This document shows, in pieces, positions 59,528 to 64,000 of a stretch of 64,000 nucleotides of DNA. Each line of letters opens with the position of its first letter. The stretch's first letter is position 1. The stretch covers positions 704,001-768,000 of the forward strand of contig OY782391.1 of NCBI GenBank assembly GCA_963677745.1, in the 5' to 3' direction. Made by a program: the position numbers and the translations under genes. This DNA is from Candidatus Altimarinota bacterium (lineage in GTDB: Bacteria > Patescibacteriota > Gracilibacteria > UBA1369). The notes below the pieces were generated by a model. It saw only the letters and a list, made by a program, of their open reading frames with translations. It was not told the DNA's origin and ran no database searches.

Positions 59528-59604
59528 TGGCGGAAGGGAGGGGACTCGAACCCCCGACCTCCACAGTGACAGTGTGGCGTTCTAACCAGCTGAACTACCC
59601 CTCC
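59528..59604 (-). tRNA. tRNA-Asp(GTC)
   Basis: GGAGGGGTAGTTCAGCTGGTTAGAACG-CCACA-CTGTCAC-TGTGG-AGGTCGGGGGTTCGAGTCCCCTCCCTTCCGCCA; encoded CCA. Confidence 0.97.
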
Positions 59605-59716
59605 ATGGCCATTGGTCTTGCAGTTCCCATATCAAACCCGCGTCACGAGTGGAATTTCAAGCTAAACTGCGCCGCAAATATAACCAACCATTCCCCTTTT
59701 TGCAAGAAAAAATCCA

Positions 59717-60964
59717 TTATTGTGCTACTGCCACTTTCTTCCTGCCGGCAAAGATGTTGAATATGACTCCCGCCAGGATAATCACAAAACCGGAAATAAT
59801 GATCGAAGATTCCGGCCCGATCGAGGCCGCCACCAGTCCTGACAAAATCGGTGGAATGGCATTGGCCAGCGCAGAAACTGCAGACAGAATGCCCAGTACT
59901 CTCCCCTGCATATCCGCCCCCACCGACCGGCTCACCAGCCCGTTCAGATTGGCCTGCGTCAGTCCATTAAATACAGCGAAAAACGGCACAATCAGATACA
60001 ACTGCCAGGCTGCCACCGGTAAAAAATACATCAACAAAGCCAACCCCGTACCCACCAGGCTCACCCTCAGCACCTGTGCCTCGCGATATTTTCTGCTGAC
60101 CAGCCGGGTTATCACCGCCTGTGTAATTACTATAAAGATGCCCACCACCGCGAAATAATCTCCAATTCCCCCCTGATCAAAACCGAATTTATTGATCAGA
60201 AAAACCCCAAAAAAGGTGGTAAAAAAGGCAAAACCTCCCTGAAATAAAAATCCGCTCAAAAACAGATGCCGGACTTCTTTCATCAGATAGGCCGCCCTGA
60301 TCTGGGACAGGGCTTTGCCCCAGTTGACCTTCAATTCATTACTGGCGTTTTTCAAAGTTTCCGGCAAAAAAAGAAACAGCGCAAAGCAATTGATCAGAGT
60401 AAGTATGGCGGCAAACCAGAACGGAGTGGCCGCGCTGAACCAGGACACCAGCTCCGGATCGGAGAGCTTCCCGCCCAACAGTGGTCCGAAGATAAATCCC
60501 AATCCAAAAGCTGCTCCAATCAATCCAAAGCTCTTGGCCCGGTCCTCCGGCTTGGTAATATCCGCAATGGCGGCCTGCGCTACAGAAATATTGCCTCCGG
60601 TGATACCGTCCAGCGCTCTGGCAAAAAACAGCAACGGCAGGTTTGCGATGAGAATTCCGATGGCAAATAATACATAGCCGACAAACGTGCCGAACAGGCA
60701 GATCAATAAAACTTTCTTTCTACCGAATTTATCGGACATTTGCCCCAGAATCGGCGTGGCAACAAACTGCATCAGCGGATAAATCGCGCTCAAAAATCCC
60801 AATAAAATAAATCCCTGGCTGATGTCCCATCCGGCCGGCAAAAGATAATACGGCGACAGCGGATCACCCAGCAGCAGCGGAATGACCGGTATCAGCATTC
60901 CCACCCCCAGCATATCCAGGAAAATTATTGCGAACACCATCAGCAAAGTTTTGTTCTTAAACAT
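59717..60964 (-). CDS. MFS transporter, TetA/DHA1-like
   Basis: GQMSDKFGRKKVL, RALDGITGGN, GFIFGPLLGG; about 12 TMs. Confidence 0.92.
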   Translation of the reverse strand: MFKNKTLLMVFAIIFLDMLGVGMLIPVIPLLLGDPLSPYYLLPAGWDISQGFILLGFLSAIYPLMQFVATPILGQMSDKFGRKKVLLICLFGTFVGYVLFAIGILIANLPLLFFARALDGITGGNISVAQAAIADITKPEDRAKSFGLIGAAFGLGFIFGPLLGGKLSDPELVSWFSAATPFWFAAILTLINCFALFLFLPETLKNASNELKVNWGKALSQIRAAYLMKEVRHLFLSGFLFQGGFAFFTTFFGVFLINKFGFDQGGIGDYFAVVGIFIVITQAVITRLVSRKYREAQVLRVSLVGTGLALLMYFLPVAAWQLYLIVPFFAVFNGLTQANLNGLVSRSVGADMQGRVLGILSAVSALANAIPPILSGLVAASIGPESSIIISGFVIILAGVIFNIFAGRKKVAVAQ

Positions 60965-61171
60965 CTCTTATCTTTTTCTTATTAACTATGATTCCCAAAT
61001 ATACCCATACGGTTAGCCCGCAGCAAGTCTAAACAATCATCTATTTTACATTTGGCAAATAAAAATCCCCTCTTTTTCGTAATGACTTTTCATCCGGGGA
61101 ATTTTCTTATATGAGGACTTGGCAAAATTCAATTTAAGCGCTATTTTAAGTCCACCTAACCACCAGGCTAC

Positions 61172-62335
61172 ATGCGCATCGGCATCGATTGCAGAATGTA
61201 TTCCTCGCATTTCACCGGCATCGGCCGCTATGTTTTCGAATTGGTGGAAAATCTGCAGAAGATAGACCATCAAAACGAATATTTTCTTTTTTTCAATCAA
61301 CCGGAATTCAACAATTTTCAGACCGAAAATACCAATTTCCACAAGGAGCTGGTCAATGTTAAGCACTACTCCTTTGGCGAACAGACCAGGTTTAAAAAGA
61401 TCCTGGATCTGTACAATCTGGACCTGATGCATTTCACCCATTTCAACGCGCCGATTTTGTATAACCGCCCCCGGATTGTGACTATTCACGATCTGACCCT
61501 GCACTTCTACCCCGGGAAAAAAATGACGTCTTTTTTCCATCGCCTGGCCTACGGTTTGACTATCCGTGCTTCCGTGCGCAAAGCCGCGCGGATCATTGCA
61601 GTCTCCCGTTCCACGGCGCGGGATGTGGAGGAAATTTTGCATGTGCCTCTTTCCAAAATCCAGGTGATCTACGAAGGGGTAAATCCCGATTTCAAACCGG
61701 TCACCAATCAAAGTCAGATTGCCCACACCCTGACCAAATACAACATCCACAAGCCCTTTTTGATTTATACCGGAGTCTGGCGCGACCACAAAAATCTCAA
61801 GGGTCTGCTGGAGGCTTTTCAGTTGATCTACAAAAAACATGATTTGCAACTGGTGATTACCGGACGCAAGGAAAATATTTATGCCGATGAGATTTTCACG
61901 CTGGCCAAAGAGATGGGTCTGATGAACGATAATCAGTCGGCCCGCGAAACCCCCCGGGTGATTTTCCCCGGTCTGGTCAATGAAGACGAATTGATCATGC
62001 TGCTCAATGCCGCGCATCTTTATGTGTTTCCTTCCTTTTATGAAGGATTCGGTCTGCCGCCACTGGAGGCCATGCAATGCGGCACGCCGGTGGTAGCGTC
62101 CAATGCTTCCTGCATTCCGGAAATATGCGGGGACAGCGCGGTCTTTTTCGATCCCAATTCCCCCGAAGACATGGCGGCCGCCATCGAAAAACTTTTAACC
62201 GACCAGAAACTTTACCAGCATCTGGTGACTTCCGGTCTGGAACATGTTAAAAAATTCTCCTGGGCCAAGATGGCCAGGGAAATCCACGATTTATATCTAT
62301 ATGTCATTGCCGACAGCCGACAATCAGCGAAGTAA
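61172..62335 (+). CDS. Glycosyltransferase family 4
   Basis: TGIGRY, VTIHDL, HKNL, FPSFYEGFGLPPLEAM. Confidence 0.93.
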   Translation: MRIGIDCRMYSSHFTGIGRYVFELVENLQKIDHQNEYFLFFNQPEFNNFQTENTNFHKELVNVKHYSFGEQTRFKKILDLYNLDLMHFTHFNAPILYNRPRIVTIHDLTLHFYPGKKMTSFFHRLAYGLTIRASVRKAARIIAVSRSTARDVEEILHVPLSKIQVIYEGVNPDFKPVTNQSQIAHTLTKYNIHKPFLIYTGVWRDHKNLKGLLEAFQLIYKKHDLQLVITGRKENIYADEIFTLAKEMGLMNDNQSARETPRVIFPGLVNEDELIMLLNAAHLYVFPSFYEGFGLPPLEAMQCGTPVVASNASCIPEICGDSAVFFDPNSPEDMAAAIEKLLTDQKLYQHLVTSGLEHVKKFSWAKMAREIHDLYLYVIADSRQSAK

Positions 62336-62678
62336 TCCCTATCAGGACGTATCCCCTCCTCCGCGTTTTGATCCTTCCCGCAGCAGCCAGGGCGATTTTC
62401 AAAGTCTGTTTGAGGTCGCCGCCGCCCGTCTGGGCATGGGCCGCCAGTTCCGCGCCATCAAAATCTGCCATGACGCCGGCCTGATTTTGCAGCGGCTGCT
62501 CCCCGAACACAGCGGGCAGTATCGCATTACCAGCTTCAAGGATGGCGTACTCACCATCACCTCCGGCAACTCCAGTCTTTCCCAGAAAATCCAGATGCAG
62601 GCCCATCTGCTTCAATCTGAATTGAATACAGCTGCGGGCACGCCGGTTATTGACCGCGTAAAGCTGAAAAACGCCTAA
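62301..62678 (+). CDS. DUF721/DciA-like protein
   Basis: SFKDGVLTITSGNSSLSQKIQM...LLQSELN...IDRVKL. Confidence 0.7.
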   Translation: MSLPTADNQRSNPYQDVSPPPRFDPSRSSQGDFQSLFEVAAARLGMGRQFRAIKICHDAGLILQRLLPEHSGQYRITSFKDGVLTITSGNSSLSQKIQMQAHLLQSELNTAAGTPVIDRVKLKNA

Positions 62679-62711
62679 AACTAATGCCCGGCCAGTTTCC
62701 CCAACATTTTC

Positions 62712-62740
62712 TTGACTTTAATTTCGGCCGACCCTACACT
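62712..62740 (+). promoter_or_regulatory. sigma70 promoter for rpsP-khpA
   Basis: TTGACT-N17-TACACT. Confidence 0.7.
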
Positions 62741-62777
62741 TAGGCAGCTTTTAGATATTCCTTTAACCAGAAAACTC

Positions 62778-63185
62778 GTGTTAGTAATCAGACTCACTCG
62801 CACCGGAAAGACTTCCCAGGAAAGTTTCAGGATGGTGGTAGCCGAAGGTTCCAAAGCTGTTAAGAGACAGTATGTTGAACTTGTCGGTCACTATGTCCCG
62901 ACAACCAATCCTAAAGTCTTAAAATTCAATAAGGATCGAATCCTCTATTGGATTTCCAAAGGTGCTCAACCGTCGGAAAGTGTTGCTTCGCTGCTCAAAG
63001 GCGAAGGCGTTCCGGGTATGGAAAAATACATTAAGTTCACGTCCGACAAAAAAGGCAAAAAGAAGAAGGGCGGCGACAAACAGGCAGCTCCCGCTGCAGC
63101 AGCTCCGGCCAAACCGGCCGCTCCTGCTGCCAAGGAAGAGTCTCCTGCTCCGGAAGCTCCGGCAGATGCTCCTGCAGCTTCCTGA
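62778..63185 (+). CDS. rpsP: 30S ribosomal protein S16 with Ala/Pro-rich tail
   Basis: GTG start; LVIRLTRTGK, FRMVVA, YWISKGAQPSESV. Confidence 0.95.
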   Translation: MLVIRLTRTGKTSQESFRMVVAEGSKAVKRQYVELVGHYVPTTNPKVLKFNKDRILYWISKGAQPSESVASLLKGEGVPGMEKYIKFTSDKKGKKKKGGDKQAAPAAAAPAKPAAPAAKEESPAPEAPADAPAAS

Positions 63186-63241
63186 TCAAAGTTTCAAATT
63201 AGCAGTAGTCGTATATCTTTAAAAATCTAACCACTACAATC

Positions 63242-63553
63242 ATGACAACCATGCAAGATCAAGATTTTGTTGAATACATAGTTAAGCAAATTGTCGATAA
63301 CCCTGACCAGGTTTCCGTCGAGAGAAGCGTAGATGAGATGGGAGTTTTAATCACCCTCAAAGTCGCCAAGGAAGATATGGGAAAAGTGATTGGAAAGAGC
63401 GGCCAGACAGCCAAATCAATCAGAATCCTGCTCCGTGTTATCGGTTCCAAGAACAATGCCCGCGTTAACCTGAAGATTGTTGAACCGGATGGTTCCACGG
63501 CTCCCGGCAGCAGCGGTTCCAGCGCCAACATCGACGACAGCCTCGGCATCTAA
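63242..63553 (+). CDS. khpA: KH domain RNA-binding protein KhpA
   Basis: IVDNPDQV, DMGKVIGKSGQTAKSIR; follows rpsP. Confidence 0.92.
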   Translation: MTTMQDQDFVEYIVKQIVDNPDQVSVERSVDEMGVLITLKVAKEDMGKVIGKSGQTAKSIRILLRVIGSKNNARVNLKIVEPDGSTAPGSSGSSANIDDSLGI

Positions 63554-63595
63554 TCCTCTCCTGATTACGACCAGAGGAAAATGAAAAAACACTTT

Positions 63596-63627
63596 AAAAG
63601 GGCGGCCCGCACGGGCCGCCCTTTTTT
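63596..63627 (+). terminator. Rho-independent terminator
   Basis: AAAAGGGCGGCCCG-CA-CGGGCCGCCCTTTTTT. Confidence 0.9.
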
Positions 63628-64000
63628 GTCCCCTTTTTTTAAACCAGACCAACAGGATTGGCAAAGTGGGTCGGGGAAGAGAGATTTCTGAGATGGCTGC
63701 GGTCAACTGAAAATACAATACCTAGTTGGACAGGGGGTGTTGATGAAATAATTACGAAAAAAATTAAGAATTATCCGCAGTTTGAGCGTCAAGAAATTTC
63801 GATTAAGCAATTGAAATTTTAGCGAAAACAAGGAATATAATTCTAATTTTTGAAGTACCTTATTGAAGAGACATCCCCTGTCCTTACATTTAATTTGCCA
63901 ATCTCCTACTTTCCTTGTAACCTATTACCCGTAAAATACTTCTTTAAAGAGCACTTTATGGCAAGCAGTGGCACAATCATCAGCGATGTTTCCAATTACA

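Noticed and set aside
59717-60964. Tetracycline resistance gene
   Set aside because: Family-level DHA1 motifs only, no tetR; substrate cannot be inferred
63958-64000. ORF start MASSGTIISDVSNY at the window edge
   Set aside because: Too short to identify

Overview
Chromosomal window from a small-genome bacterium using genetic code 11. By inference it is Patescibacteria/CPR, Peregrinibacteria-like: starts have AT-rich context and mostly lack Shine-Dalgarno motifs, SLH surface proteins and orphans are common, and TGA is used as stop. Housekeeping genes: efp-epmA, mfd, dnaN, rny, trxB, holB, infC-rpmI-rplT, recR, queG, rpsP-khpA, a DUF721/DciA-like gene and tRNA-Asp. Also present are a VKOR plus two CPHC thioredoxin-like exported proteins, Cys-rich SLH surface proteins, arsR-arsP, 2-oxoacid:ferredoxin oxidoreductase alpha and beta, AmmeMemo genes, a 2393-aa orphan and a variable region next to tRNA-Asp. 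The most striking feature is a split class III ribonucleotide reductase. The catalytic NrdD stops after its zinc site, and the glycyl-radical loop (RVMGY) is encoded in a separate 149-aa protein fused to a CPKC glutaredoxin-like domain. That gene is coupled to nrdG, the operon has tandem NrdR boxes upstream, and the whole unit lies between the two oxidoreductase subunit genes. All calls come from reading motifs by eye; no searches were run.
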